A DNA stretch of 53,159 nt, the filler included, from Mitosporidium daphniae (lineage: Eukaryota): the NCBI RefSeq assembly GCF_000760515.2. It is 3 parts of 3 records of this genome, joined end to end, with 100 filler letters (N's around TTAATTAATTAA, not from the genome) between each part and the next. Parts side by side here need not be neighbours in the genome. Positions count along the whole stretch, not along the records: positions 36,028 to 53,159 come from NW_013546122.1; 2 more parts are not named here. One strand, written 5' to 3'. Positions 36,028 through 51,124 of the stretch are shown here, piece by piece. Each line of letters starts with the position of its first letter. The stretch's first letter is position 1. Both the position numbers and the translations under genes were made by a program. A model generated the notes under the pieces. The model was given only the letters and a program-made list of their open reading frames with translations. It was not told where the DNA came from and did no database searches.

Positions 36028-37764
36028 GCTCATTTGAGAATTTCCAAAGTAATTTGCTTCACATTTCCTGTCATTAGCCTCGCATTATTTTTCACTTTCT
36101 TGCGCGTGCACTTTGCTTGATCTTTGTACCTGTTGCCATATATATGGCATCGTTTTATGCGCATTTTTCTTTACTGTCTCGCTCCGGACCCGGAGATTCT
36201 CAAATGAGCTCTCGGTTTCAGGCACACTTGAAAGGCAATGACATTTCGAAAAGCTCAATTAACATCGCTTTTGGAAGCAAAGTAGCGCATATGTATTGTA
36301 TTAATCCAAGGTTTCCATCCGTAATTCTGCAAAGGGCGGTGGCCTTTTACATTCCCATTTTCTAGAATATCCCGTTGGGAGCGGGCTTCAACAAGTGACC
36401 ACATATCATCACAAAGACGATAATAATTATTGGATTGTTGAAAATCCTCACCACATTGATAACATGGTGGCTTCTGTGGAGGAGACTTTACAAGATTCTT
36501 TTGTTGATCATAAAGTTCCCCAAGATTTGCAAGCTGAACAGCATGAATCTGTTTACGCAGACTCTCCGCAGGAGCACGCCGATCACTCTGTCCTTTCTTC
36601 AGATGCTCTTTCTGATAACCTTGATGAGTCTCTGTTCAGTGAGAAATCCAAATACATATTAGAAGATGCAAATGATGCTGTTCAACCGCCTCCAACATTG
36701 AAAGCTGGCGACACAATTAGACTCAGACATAGCTCGACAAATAGAAATTTGCACTGCAGCTATGGAGTTCATGCTTACTTATCAAAATCAGACCTTGAGG
36801 TTTCTGGCTTTGGAAATGACACCATGGTTCCAGATCAAAATGACCATTGGATCATCGAGGAAATTTCTAAACAAGGGAAAGGGCTTGAATCGCCCTCAAT
36901 AAGAAACATACTTACTTCATTTCGTCTCAAGCATTCCGTCACTGGTTGTTATCTTGCATCCTCAAAGGGCACGCTTCCTGATTGGGCGAGTAATCAGTTA
37001 GAAGTCTCATGTGAATTGAATTCACCGAAAAAGATCATCTCCAAAAATACGATTTGGAACTTTGAAACCAATTTCCATCCCCAACGTAAGTGTTCAACTG
37101 TGATGACCCCATAGTGCCTAAGGGTTCTGCTTCTTTGTATCCATCAAATTTTTTGATGGATTTCATCGAGTGTAATTTAAATATGTGGCACACGAACAAT
37201 GCACTAACGAAAGACGAAGAGATCGAGGCCAGTCCGTTGACATCGGAGCCTCTACAGTGGCCCTTTCTCAGTACTGGAATAAGGATGACTTCATTTGACG
37301 ATGATCTTACAAAATTCTATATGCTTGGAAATCCGATTGTCTGGTGGCTAGGCGCATCTTCAGTTATTGCAATTTTATTGATCATCGGGTTAAGCGCACT
37401 GACTAGGGCAAGAAAGCAGCATACTCAACCGGAAGATACATTGGCTTCCTCAATCAGAGAAGATAAATTTAATGCAAAGTGCAGGGTTGTTCTTCTGGGC
37501 TGGTTTCTCCATTTTGTCCCATTTCTACTGATGGGACGTGTATTATATCTTCATCATTATTACCCTGCACTTATTTTTGCAGTGATGTGCACAGGTGTGG
37601 TGGTGGATCTGATCCCTTCAGAGAGGGTTAGAAATCTTGCCATCAGCACAACATTATGCGTTGTTTTCGCTGTTTTTTTGAAATTTGCCCCGATTTGCTA
37701 TGGAATGAACGGGCCAGTGGACAATTTTTATACATTAAGATGGCTCTCCACTTGGGACCTTTAA
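36028..37764 (+). CDS. Dolichyl-phosphate-mannose protein O-mannosyltransferase (PMT2-like), 5'-truncated
   Basis: SGPGDSQMSSRFQAHLKG, MIR repeats (GGLLHSH, QQVTTYHHKDDNNYW, IRLRHSST, FRLKHSVTGCYL), LGNPIVWW, GRVLYLHHYYPAL, LRWLSTW. Confidence 0.92.
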
Positions 37765-37828
37765 ATAAATTGCAAAGTGCAAATACCCTTGATAAATTTT
37801 ATTTTTTATTTTTCTATCAAGCTTCGAA

Positions 37829-39137
37829 ATGAGGTACCCAAACATCATTCATATCTCATTTTTAGTGACAATAATAGCGCAGCACAAAATTCTCCAAAAC
37901 AATACGACGAAACCGTAGATGAGGTTTGATATGATAGAGATTTTAACGATTATAGTCGAACCATCATGATTCTGTTGACTCCTTTGACGACATGAATCTC
38001 AATGATAATCTTCTTAGAGGAATTTATGCTTATGGGTAATTTGAACCTCATATAATTGTTTCTAGTTTTGAAAAGCCATCTGCAATTCAAGCTATGGCAA
38101 TCACTCCAATCATTACCAAGGGCGACGTAATAGCTCAGGCCCAATCGGGTACCGGAAAAACGGCAACCTTCTCCATTGCAATGCTTCAGAAAATTGACCC
38201 CAATTTAAACTTCCCTCAAGCCCTTGTGTTGGCACCTACCCGTGAACTTGCCAATCAAATCCACAAAGTAATCTTGGCCTTGGGAGAATTTATGAATGTC
38301 CGTGTCAAAGTCTGTATTGGAGGCTCCAGTGTCTCAGAGGCTCTGCAATCATTCAGATCCAACCAGCCGCATATTATTGTTGGAACCCCGGGTCGTGTAC
38401 TTGACTTGATTAGTCGCAAGGCCTTTAATACCTCACACCTACACATGTTTGTTCTTGATGAAGCGGATGAGATGCTTTCTCGCGGCTTTGCCGATCAAAT
38501 TAATGTGATATTCAAATCTGTCCCTGGATCTATTCAAGTTGTTCTTCTCTCTGCTACACTTCCAGAAGATGTTCAAGATGTATCTAAGAAATTCATGAGA
38601 AACCCTACCCGAATCTTGGTGAAAAATGCCGAGCTTACCCTTGAGGGCATCAAGCAGTTTTATGTGAACGTTGAAAAAGAAGAGTTCAAGTTTGAGACTC
38701 TTTGCGATATTTATGAAGTCGTTACAATTCAACAAGCCGTTATTTTCTGCAATACCCGCCCCAGGGTTGAAGAGCTTACCGCGAAAATGCAAGAAAAAGA
38801 CTTTACCGTATCCTCAATCCATGGAGAACTTTTGCAGCCTGTTCGTGAATCTATTATGAAGGAATTCAAAAGTGGAGCTTCTCGTGTCCTCATCACTACC
38901 GACCTTCTGGCGCGTGGTATAGATGTACAGCAAGTCTCGGTAGTTATTAATTACGACCTTCCCACGTCCAAGGAAAATTATATCCACCGTATCGGCCGCT
39001 CTGGTCGCTTTGGACGCAAAGGTGTTGCCATCAATCTGATCACGGAAGATGACGTCAAAGATTTGAAGGAGATTGAAAGTTTCTACAATACCCACATTGA
39101 TGAAATGCCGCAAGAAGTCTCAAGTCTCCTTAAATAA
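37829..39137 (+). CDS. TIF1: Translation initiation factor eIF4A; 5-nt first exon and three short 5' introns
   Basis: [17 protein letters not shown] after splicing, [53 protein letters not shown]. Confidence 0.93.
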
Positions 39138-39184
39138 ATAAAATTTAAATAAAATTATAAATAAAATTTTATTCCTTTGTTGGC

Positions 39185-39810
39185 ATGCGTTGGTTTTTGA
39201 ATTCTCACTTTTTTAACCATGCGTGGGAGGCCGTCTCATCGGCCAACTGGATCAAGTATCCGAACGAAGTCACTCCACACGTTATACATGTGGATTATTT
39301 ATCTAGAAGAGTCGACCCCACTACTGGGGTCCTGCACACAGAAAGGCTCATCACTTGTAGACAAAATGTGCCCGATTTTATTTTGAGGCTCATAGGCGGC
39401 TCCAACGAGGCCTATATATATGAGCGCTCTGAATGTGATCCTCAAAAACGTGTTCTAACCCTACGAACGCAAAACTTAACCTTCTGTACACTGATGAGTG
39501 TAGAAGAAACCTGTGTATATAGCCCTTCTCCTTCCGACCCGGAAAGGTAATTTCATGATGCATCCTATCATTTAGAGAAACTCAATTTACCCAAGAGGTA
39601 CGAATAGATTCCTTCAATGGCTGGGCAACCATCCGAAACTACCTGGAAGATTTTGGGCTGGAAAGATTTAAATCAAATGCAATCAAAGGCAAGTTAGCTT
39701 TAGAACAAACGCTAGCCAAAATCTGTCACGAAACTAAAGAGGTGCTTTCATCGGCAACGGAAATGTGTCAAAAAGCAGCCACTTGTGCTCAACAAAAACC
39801 TTGCAATTAA
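39185..39810 (+). CDS. PRELI/MSF1 mitochondrial lipid-transfer protein (Ups2/PRELID3-like); intron 39547-39575
   Basis: WIKYPNEVTPHVIHVD..R.VDP.TGVLHTERLI; second exon TQFTQE...RFKSNAIKGK. Confidence 0.9.
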
Positions 39811-39852
39811 TAAATTTTATTTTTAAGCTTCATTTTACCCCAATCGAAAGGC

Positions 39853-41053
39853 ATGCCCAAATGGTATATCTAACTCACATCTTCTCTTCCTAGGACTTAC
39901 GGCCAGCTTATGCTTAATTCTGGTATTCCTAATTCGAGCGAAAATATATTAAGTCTTCCCTGTTGGATTCCATCTAACGCATCACCATCACAGCTTGTGC
40001 AAGAGTTTTTTTCCAGCAATAGCAAAGAAATCGTATGGAGCCTCTTTAATGTGTAGATTCCCTTTTATTCGAAAGACGACCTGTCCCAGTTGGATCTTGA
40101 TTGTATGTGCAATTTTTATCACCTCTAGTTACTGCTGATTGGAGTTTAGATGAAACCTTCTACTTGGTCAATTTGGCCAGAGAGTATGAACTAAGTTGGT
40201 ATGCAATGGCCGACGCATATAGCTTTTCAAACGATTCGATCACGAAAAAGTCGGTCACTGAAATCAAGAGAAGGATGCATTATCTTTTTGAAATGATTCC
40301 CCAGATGAACCTACTTCTAGCCTACCCATCTGAAAGAACACCTCTTCTTTCAATAGAAAATCAATGGAGCAAAGAGCTAAATGACATTGGCCGCTTAGTT
40401 GATGCCTCGTTGCAATCCGTTATCGATGCGCAGCGCCGACTGGTTAAAAAGTTTTCCGGGGATTTGTTTTCCGTTCCGCAAGCATTTATAGCAAACGCTG
40501 CATTGCCTTTTTGGCCCCACATCCCGCAAAATACATCCGCATCAAATGTCATTTCAAGGAAAATGTCAAAGAAAAAGAAATCGGCTATTATTTCGACTTC
40601 TCCTACAAATTCGACAGCATCGAGTTTATTGAAGCACAGGCCATCACTCTCAGGAGGGACAGGCCCATCGTCCCAGTTCGAAAGCGCCTCGGGCTCCACA
40701 TCTCGAGCTAGTGGCCCGTTAGCTGTTAAAAAACACGATAACATGGGGGTTATCAAGCCCTCCCTTTCGAAGGAAAAGAATTGGTCTCTTGGAGCCACCA
40801 GTGCATATCTGCGTTCGCAACGCTTGAAGCCAATTAGAGTGGGGATCACAAAAATTATAGAGCGTCAATTGATTGAACAAAACATAGGTATGGTATTTGA
40901 TACATGATTTTAGGACCTAAACCGCTGCTTGCAACCCGTGAGGCCTGTGCCCTTCACGATGAGCTTAGATCTCTCCTTGTGATTCTTTACGACGAAAAGA
41001 GAGCACTGGAACGCGTGGAGCTATCCTGCAAGGCTGCTGGAATATCCATTTGA
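39853..41053 (+). CDS. SWC4: Swc4/Eaf2/DMAP1-like subunit of NuA4 and SWR1, multi-intron
   Basis: SANT-DAMP1 pattern WSLDETFYLVNLAREYELSWYAMADAY..KSVTEIKRR; AYLRSQRL; C-terminal PLLATREACALHDELRS. Confidence 0.75.
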
Positions 41054-41308
41054 CGCATCAAATTTTATTCCAGCATTGCATTTAAAATTGCAATGCAACG
41101 CAACGCGGCGCAAGGCAATTTAATGTAACCTATTGTGATGCACCCATTGGAAATGGGTTAAAATGCAGAGCTTTGCTATGCCCAATAAATTTGAGAAACT
41201 TTGCTTTGTGACGCCATTATTTGTGCTTGCGCATTAAAATGTGAATAGCAAATTTAAAATTTAACATCAAGGCATTTCAATCGGCATTTGCAAGTCAAGC
41301 ATCGTTAT

Positions 41309-42494
41309 ATGATGGATCAAGGCAAATATCTTGATACGCTGCCCCTTGTCCCAAAAGATACCATTTTGATATATTTCAGCATATGCGATTTTCAGAAAAT
41401 ACCTTTATCCCAGCTCGATTCGTTTTTTACACAGCTGTTCTGCCTCAATAACAATGAAAATCCACTTAACTCCTATCTTTTTGTCATTGGCGATGTCGAA
41501 AGTGGAAATTCTCCTACGCAACTTATCCAAATTTTGTCCTCAACCTATGGAATTTCAGCAAAGATCCACTATCGAATATTCAAGAATCCTCTTTTTTATT
41601 TTTCTATTATTTTTCATCCATATTGCGGGTATAATCCTGTCATGCTAGGCTCCTTGAATAAGGCTATAATCTACTCCAAATCTTCCTTTGTGGCGTCTTT
41701 TCCCAAGCATAAAGCTACATCTCTATCTATTTTTTTCAAAAGCTACATGGACGTTTTAAATAGCAATCCAGCTCTAGATGATGTCGATGAGGATGGAAAT
41801 TCTAACCACTTTGGGACCGTGAAATTTACCCGCTATTATGACAATGTTATCTTGGGTGGGACTTTTGATCATCTTCATGTTGGGCATAAATTTCTTCTTA
41901 GTCAAGCAGCGCTGATCTCATCCAGGGCTGTTCTTTGTGGTGTCTCAGGTAATGTCTTTGTCTAGTTTCTATCTTTAGCTGCCGAATTAATTGAGGGCAA
42001 AAGCTATTTTCGCCTCATACAGCCAATTGAAGAGCGGATTTTTGAGGTCGAAAATTTTTTCAAACTATTCAAGCGTTGCTTGGATGTGAAAGTAATGTGG
42101 CATCTTATACTGTAGTGCATTGCCCTCCACGATACCATTGGTCCGGCAGCCTCTTGCCCTACCTTTGATGTAATTATTGTCTCTAAAGAGACCATACAAG
42201 GTGCTCGGTTAGGTATGGAATGCCATATGGTTTATGATAGTGAACGATAAGCGAATAGAAAATGGCCAAGCCCCTTTGGATATTATTGTTGTCGACTTGG
42301 TTTCTGCCCTTGACCATGCATCCTTGCCTTTGAGGTTATCTGAGAACAGTGATTCAAATTTTTCACAAGAAGAAATCCCATCTTTCACCGAAGAAGGATG
42401 TGAAAAATCCAAAGATCAAGTCACACCATACGATTCGAAAATAAGTAGCACCGAGATACGAAAGTTCTTCCACAGCATAGAACGGCATATTTAG
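41309..42494 (+). CDS. CAB4: Phosphopantetheine adenylyltransferase (Cab4/COASY PPAT domain), multi-intron
   Basis: VILGGTFDHLHVGHK, IQPIEERI, DTIGPA, IIVSKET..GA..VNDKRIENG, KISSTEIR. Confidence 0.88.
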
Positions 42495-42548
42495 TGTAGT
42501 TTCAAGTTTGTTTATTATAATACAAGTAATAATGATCGACAAAATGAC

Positions 42549-43693
42549 CTATCTCTTAGAATCGCTGTCATAAGAGGTGTCTTGGGTGCCATTATTCTTC
42601 TTATATCTGCTCGCTACATTATATGGTGTACCTGGGGGGTCATAATAGTACGAATACTGACCGCTTGGGAAATAAACGGCACCCGTGGGATCATAATATG
42701 AAATAGCAGGTACGTCTGAAGATGCATAAGAATAGTATCCAGGGGAATAATATGAATTTTGAGGCTGCTGGAAAGCGAAAGAATTCCTTTTTGGGTAGAA
42801 TTCAGGTGCATTGATATTTAGCTTTACAGCTTTTAGTGTTGGTTGCTCCTTGATACTAACCGGGTTAATGGTGTCAATTGATTGCGTTGTAGGTCCATCG
42901 AGAAATTCTCGCTCAATAAATGCGGGCGAGGAAGCATTATCACTAGATTTGGTCGAGCAAGAAATAATATCACATTCCAATTCTGAAGATGCATCCTTGC
43001 CTGAAGAATTTTCATTTGTGTTTACATGATCAGAAGAATTTACAGCTTCATTAACAGTAGCCTGCTCAATAAAATGATGTTGCTCGGAGGAAATATCATT
43101 CAAAATAGGCGTTGCAAAATTAATTTCCTCCACTAATACATTACCAGAATATTCTGCAGAACACGCTTGCGGAACTGAAGGTTCTTTACTTCTTAATGAG
43201 GGAGGAACATACGCACCAGATGATCGTACAATTGTACGAGAAACAGAGGCATATTTTTCCTCGTCAATTTCATGGTCCTTAGATGATATGGGTTCTCCTC
43301 TTTCTTCCAAGATGTGTGAATTCGAATGAGACGAAGCAAGAATCTCCCTTGACAGACGCTCAGCTTCTTCAATTTTGCTTTGATAAAGCTCCGATTTTTT
43401 GTCTAGTGGCGTAGTATATATGGTCTCGTTAATGGGGTTTTTGATATATCCAAACTTTTGCTCATTTGCCTTGAATTGGTCCCAATTGGAGTCACTGTTT
43501 TTATAGCCAAGAGGTTCGAAGGTAGTATCGTCCGTAGAAGAGCTCCATGGTTGCAAGCTTCGCTCGCGAGGGAAGACTTTTTTCATCGGGGATTGAGAAG
43601 CATGTGTTGGAATTCCGAGACCTTTATCGACTAGAGGATATGAACATAAACAAAGATGTTACCTTCTGCGCTTGAAGTAGCCTTACCCCACAT
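42549..43693 (-). CDS. PBP1: Pbp1/ataxin-2-like protein with LsmAD and PAM2 motif
   Basis: WDQFKANEQKFG..IYTTPLDK..AERLSREI..HILEERG..DEEKYASVSR (LsmAD); KLNINAPEFYP (PAM2); short first exon from ATG 43693. Confidence 0.8.
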
Positions 43694-43837
43694 TTTAATA
43701 AAATTTATGACTTAATTTGATATTAAATTTACTATGTCCGGCCGTGCTTTGGCCCTTGTAATTCTTGAAATTTACGAAATTAATACACTTTAATAAAATA
43801 CCAAGTTGCCATCTGAGGCAATTTATTTTCCTAATTT

Positions 43838-45491
43838 ATGGATGCAAGGATTTCAAGTTTTATTGCCACCAACACAGCCAACAATTCATGTGCTGATTGC
43901 GGCCAAAAAGGTAAGAGTAGCGTAATTCTTTTTTGAGGCACCCGGTGGGTTTCTGTTACCTTTGGGGTATTTTTGTGCATAAAATGCGGGGGCATACACC
44001 GAAAATTGGGCACCCATATTTCTCGAATCAAGTCACTCTATTTGGATGTACTATCTGACGAGCAGATATCGGTTTTTATTGCAGAAAATAACTGTATAGC
44101 ACATCATTTCATGTGGGGGCAACGAGGCCATCAATAGCAGGATCAATAAGCTAAAGATCCCTCCGCCGTCACCGAGCCCTCATTCAAATGACGAAGAGAA
44201 AGATATGGAAGAGTACATTAGGTCAAAATACGAGCGGAAGATGTTTCAAGAGGATCTGCCTCTTAGAACCTCTGCATGTTTCCCATCAGAGTCTGAGGAT
44301 TTAATTAATGGATCTTTGCTGACTTCACTCTTAGAGATGGGGTTTGGTGACAAAAATAGGTGTGCAGATGCTCTCTTGACATCTAATGGAGATATTTCAG
44401 TGGCGATAGAAATTCTTTCAACTTCAACAGGCATTCCTGTCAACGGCGATCCCAAAGAGGCATCAAAACGAGGGACACCTAATGCAACGGCTATGCCTGC
44501 AAAATCTACATATACACCACCGGGTGAACTTTTGGCTGGATCTCCGCTCTTGAAGTCACCGCCTCCGGAACGCACTTCAAGTGGTTCTATGGAAAATGAA
44601 AAATTGGAAGAGTTCATAAGAACTCTAGAGGGCATGGGATTCAAAAACCGAAATGTCAGAAATCCAAATAATCTGGCTGATTCTTATCTTGGCTCAGTTC
44701 TTATTTATAATTCTTTTAACTTGGAAGCCACCATCAACGAATTGGTTGAAGGGGAGATGCAAAAGACCCAAGCACCAGCGCCCAAAGAGCCTCAACCAGC
44801 AAAACCCAACACTGAGTCTGGTTTGATAGTACCTATCAGGAGGAGCAACGTTCCGGTATCTCAAAGCGCATCTTCACAAGGATCTCTTCAATGGAGATCG
44901 AATTTTGGCGAAGGGGAAAACATTCTTGGGAGAAGCTCAAAAAGCGGCTTGGAATATCCTAGAATTGAAGAATTTAGCGACTTTATCTCTTCTTCTGCCA
45001 AGAAATCGGGCGAGCTTGGTCTCTCCCCCACGGAAAACGTTGATATTTTTTCCGCCCACGGAATGGGCAAAAGTAAAGATTTGGGTTCTTTCTCCGTTGA
45101 AAAGGAAACCCCCTATAAAATGACGAAGGACTCCAAACCAATCCCAATAAGGGCGTCAGAACTACATAGGGATAAGTCACCCAACCTTTTGAAGCTACCA
45201 CAATGGGAGTGCAGCTCTGTCTGTGAAATTCAAAAGACATCGAATCTTTGTGAGAGCAATGTTATTTGTAATGTTGACGAGGGGTTACATTCTACCGAGA
45301 CCCTTAACGAAGATCGCCTTATTTTTCAGCACTTTGAACATAGTGGTAGAAGTAAATATTCTAGCCCCAATATTGATGCTAACGGTGGTAGAACTCAGGC
45401 CTCCGCTAACAATAGTCAGGCTACTATCAGCGATAGCGCGAAGAGGGATACATGTGAAGAGGACCCATTTGCTGAATTAATAAACCTGTAA
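43838..45491 (+). CDS. ArfGAP zinc-finger protein with UBA domain(s) (Gts1/Ucp3-like)
   Basis: Spliced N-terminus [67 protein letters not shown]...[11 protein letters not shown]; second LEGMGF; terminal DPF. Confidence 0.85.
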
Positions 45492-45518
45492 ATAGCTTCT
45501 TGCAATTTAATTTAAATT

Positions 45519-46434
45519 ATGGAGCAGTTGCTTTCCCGGACCGTCAAGTTTGCATTCCCGATTGGAATTGGGATGATGGTACTTTCGGAGTCCATGTACA
45601 ACGGTAAAAATTGAATGGAATTCTTATGTATAGTTCCTGCGGGCCAGCGCGTTGTCATTTTCGACCGTCTCAAGGGCATTCGCGCTAAACCTATGGAGGA
45701 AGGTACTCATTTCCTGATCCCTTGGTTGCAAAAGCCGATCTTTTTTGATGTCCGTCTGCAATCAAAGGTAATCACAACCAACACTGGAAGCAAAGGTACG
45801 ATTTCTTTGTTATCCTTGCAGATATGCAACGAATCAGCCTTTCTCTCAGGGTGCTTTTCCGCCCGCGAAAAGAGAATTTGAATACCATCTACTCTCGTCT
45901 GGGCCCTGATTATGCCGAGCGAGTTCTTCCATCCATAGGAAATGAGGTTTTAAAAGCTGTAGTTGCACAGTTTGATGCCGGGGAGCTGATTACTCAGCGC
46001 GAACCGGTACTAAATGATCGACCCTCTCACCGAAATAGGTCTCTCAAAAGATACGTGAAGAGCTAACGATGCGAGCACAGGAATTTAACATTGAGCTCGA
46101 AGATGTCTCCATTACGCATCTTTCCTTTGGAAAAGAATTCACCCTGGCCGTTGAGCAGAAGCAAGTTGCCCAGCAGGATGCCGAGCGGGCCAAGTTTGTC
46201 GTTGAAAAGGCCGAGCGAGAAAAAACGGCCGCAGTGGTGCGCGCAGAGGGAGAGTCACAGGCGGCTTCTCTGATTTCACAGGCGATTGAGCGTTCCGGTT
46301 CCGGACTAATTGAGCTACGTCGCATCGAGGCAGCCAAGGAGATTGCCTCTGTATTGTCGGCCTCCTCAAATGTCACCTATTTGCCTTCAGGGTCAAACAC
46401 AGGCCCCTCACTGCTTTTGAATATCAAGTCGTGA
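45519..46434 (+). CDS. PHB1: Prohibitin 1, multi-intron
   Basis: [79 protein letters not shown]. Confidence 0.95.
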
Positions 46435-46610
46435 TACATTAATATACTAATGCGCTAATACAGCTATATAAATTAACATCCTGTCCAGGTTCTTATTAGT
46501 GCCAGCCGATATGATTAATCGAAATCCATATGCAGGCTGTGCAGTAACTGCAAATTTGTAAAAAGATGCCCCATTTCAAGTGCAGGAGAGCTGTAAAGTT
46601 TATTATGAGA

Positions 46611-48287
<1,677 letters not shown>

Positions 48288-48366
48288 GAAAATAAAATTG
48301 AATTGAAAATGGTGGCTACACAAGTTGTAAATTTATTAACGCTTTAATTGCAACTCTTCCATTGAG

Positions 48367-49242
48367 ATGAGTCCTCTAAACAGGGTTACTTCTCCTCCCC
48401 ACACGCCGATAGCGTTCACTACCACCCTTTCATCTCTATTTGAAAACGCTACTGGCCAAGTACTTAATGCATTCATTAATTGAGCGATAGCCTTCTGAAG
48501 AAAAGGTCCTTGCCATTCATTCTGAACTAGTTGCCGCCCTAGGTCGAAAACGGGATATTGAGAAATCCCTTCTTGAGCTTGAAGTGCAGCTCTACAACTA
48601 TGAAAGCTCTTTCCTTGAAAAGTATTCACAAGGAATAAACCTGCTGAAGGGGTTTAACGCGCCCTCCTTTTTTGGCACCACTGGGGATGGCGCTGGCGCC
48701 GGCGCTTCGTTGAATCGAATCGACGATTCATTGAGAATATTTTCCAATTCCTCAACCACCAGCCATAAGGTAAATTTATGCTTGTCATTTATTAGGCCAT
48801 TACACTTTTGAAAAAAAACTCTGAAAAAGAGGCCAGGATGCACATTGACTCTGCATTTGCGCAAAAGTTTTCAACTTCAAAGATATCCACCCATAACCCT
48901 AGAAAGGGATCGAATTCAGGATCTAGAAAGACCGCCCTATCCAAGCTCGAGGATGAAGATGATCAAGGAGGGCTTTTCCATACACGAAGGAAACGCTCGT
49001 CCGGAGGGCTACTGGTCCTTTCAGAAGATTCAGAATACGAGTGTGGAAAGGATGGCGTATACGAAGACGAGGATATATCGTCACTCTGTTCTTCGACAGA
49101 TGAAGAGGCCCCGTATGGCCAGGATGACAACGACCATCAATATAAAAGCAGAAATGGAATAATCGATGGCGACAGTTATTTCATCGATGAGGATGCCATA
49201 CCAATACGTAACAAAAGTAGAACTAAAAAGAAAAGATCTTGA
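48367..49242 (+). CDS. EAF6: NuA4 acetyltransferase subunit Eaf6/MEAF6 with an acidic/basic tail
   Basis: RKRDIEKSLLELEVQLYNYESSFLE..GINLLKGF...DDSLRIFSNSSTT; start reconstructed through a phase-0 intron at 48460. Confidence 0.82.
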
Positions 49243-49264
49243 TTGTAAATAAAAAACCAGTAAA

Positions 49265-50940
49265 TCAGGGTTTCTTTTTTGTGCCCGAGGAGGGAGTTTG
49301 GCGAATGTTGATCTCGCTTTTGGGGGCAATTTTTCGTTTTTTGGTATCTACCGGGGGAGCCTTTGGAGTTTCCCTCTTACTTTTCACAGTGGAAGCAATT
49401 ATGTTGCTAGAAGGCTCTTCCTCCACAGAGCTTCGAGAAGAAATCCGAGTTGAAGATCTCTTCGCTTTGACATTGGACGTTTTCTCAGCAGAAGAACCAC
49501 CAGATATCGCAACATTATCATGTACATCATGCTGTTTACCAGAAGGTACATCTGGCTCTTTTAAAGGTACAGATTCGTGCAAAAAGGAAAGTTCCAGTTG
49601 CTTAAAAGAAAGAGGCTTAGATCGCCTCGAGAGGGATGGCTTGTGATTGCTTGATGAGCGGCTTGAATTCTCAAGCGGGCGAGTTTTTTGATCGTCTTCT
49701 TTGACGATCATAGATCTTCTGCTTGTGTCCTGTGGATCTTGCGGTAATGTTTTTTCTTTCTTTTTGAAAAGTTCAGATTGCTCATCACTAAACAAATCTT
49801 CTTTTGGAAACCTCACCAGTCCCTCTGCTTTAATTGGAATGTTCTCTTCTCTGTAAAGTTTGGCAAATAGCATGTCTATCAATGAAAGAACCTCAAGCGC
49901 AGATTGATGCACGGAGCTTTCAGGTGAGTTGTATGATAAGGCATTCAATATCATCAACAAGAGCTCCTTGTGCACTTGAGGCGTGGAGCAGAGTTTGCGG
50001 TCTCTAATGCCAAGTTTTATACTGCCAAGAGAAACAGGTCTTTTGACGATTTCAGAATATCCGGGAGCATCTGAGTCTCTAACTACCCTTGTGAAGATGT
50101 ATCCTTTTTTGTGGAGAGAAATCTCACGAAGCACTGTTAACATTTTTCTTCTCCATTCGTGGTTTTCCGGGAAAGGCTCGAATTCAGAGATTTCTTCGGG
50201 ACTTGCACATGTAAGGGAATGTGTAGATACATCCTCGGAGACATATTCTGGTTTAACTGGATCTTCAGCAAGCTCCTCCTTCATTTCAATGCATGGCCTT
50301 TCATCTACATCCAGAGACAAAATCAGATTTTCCTCAACAAGCATATTTTTGTCCTCGCCCTCGACATCAATAAAAGGATCGCCTGGGTTGACAGCCCCTA
50401 AAATATCAAAGTATTTGGTACTGGGAGGCCGATCCAATGTGTATCCGATGGCTTCAGCCTCAGGCTCACTAGTGGTGCCAATAGTTGGTGGCGAAAATTG
50501 GACGCTCAGAAAACAATTCTTTAATAGTTTGAGGCTCTTTCTAATGGTAAAAATTTATGCCGAAATTACTCTAGTTCAGAAGGATGGATAGCGAATACAC
50601 GTTGCTTGGCCAAAGACATTTTTTCATCTCTAAGCAGAAGAAGACAGGATGTGATCGTATCGAGAGTTGGAAAATCGTCATTGCTTGATCGAGTGATAGT
50701 TGAGACGATAGAAATTATCTCTGATTTCGAAATTTCCTCTCTTGGAAGGGGGTCGGATAAGTTTAGTTGATTCAAAGGAGATTGAATTACAGTGGAATGC
50801 CAAAGCGAAAAAACTTTTCGACACCATTCAGTAAAACTGCCCCAATCTTTATTGGAGTCCATCAACAAATAGTCTTTTAGGCTTTGAAGAACGAAGAGAG
50901 TCTCTAAACGCGGGCTTTTCGGTACCAGTTGCGAGTCCAT
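49265..50940 (-). CDS. Bromodomain protein resembling BRD8/Bdc1 (NuA4/TIP60-associated)
   Basis: WRRKMLTVLREISLHKKGYIFTRVVRDSDAPGYSEIVKRPVSL...LLMILNALSYNSPESSVHQSA; exon 1 from ATG 50940 joined by a short intron. Confidence 0.75.
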
Positions 50941-51124
50941 GCTGTGATGGATGCAAGTATATGTAAAGTTAAAATTTACGAACAAAAATTAATAGTTGGC
51001 ATGCCAAGTTGCACATAGTGTAACGTACAACAAATTTAGATAGCTCCCCCTCCTTCCCTCGCCGTCATTATATTGTACCAAATAATTACAAATACGAGGT
51101 TTATAAGAAAAGAACAAAAGCGCA

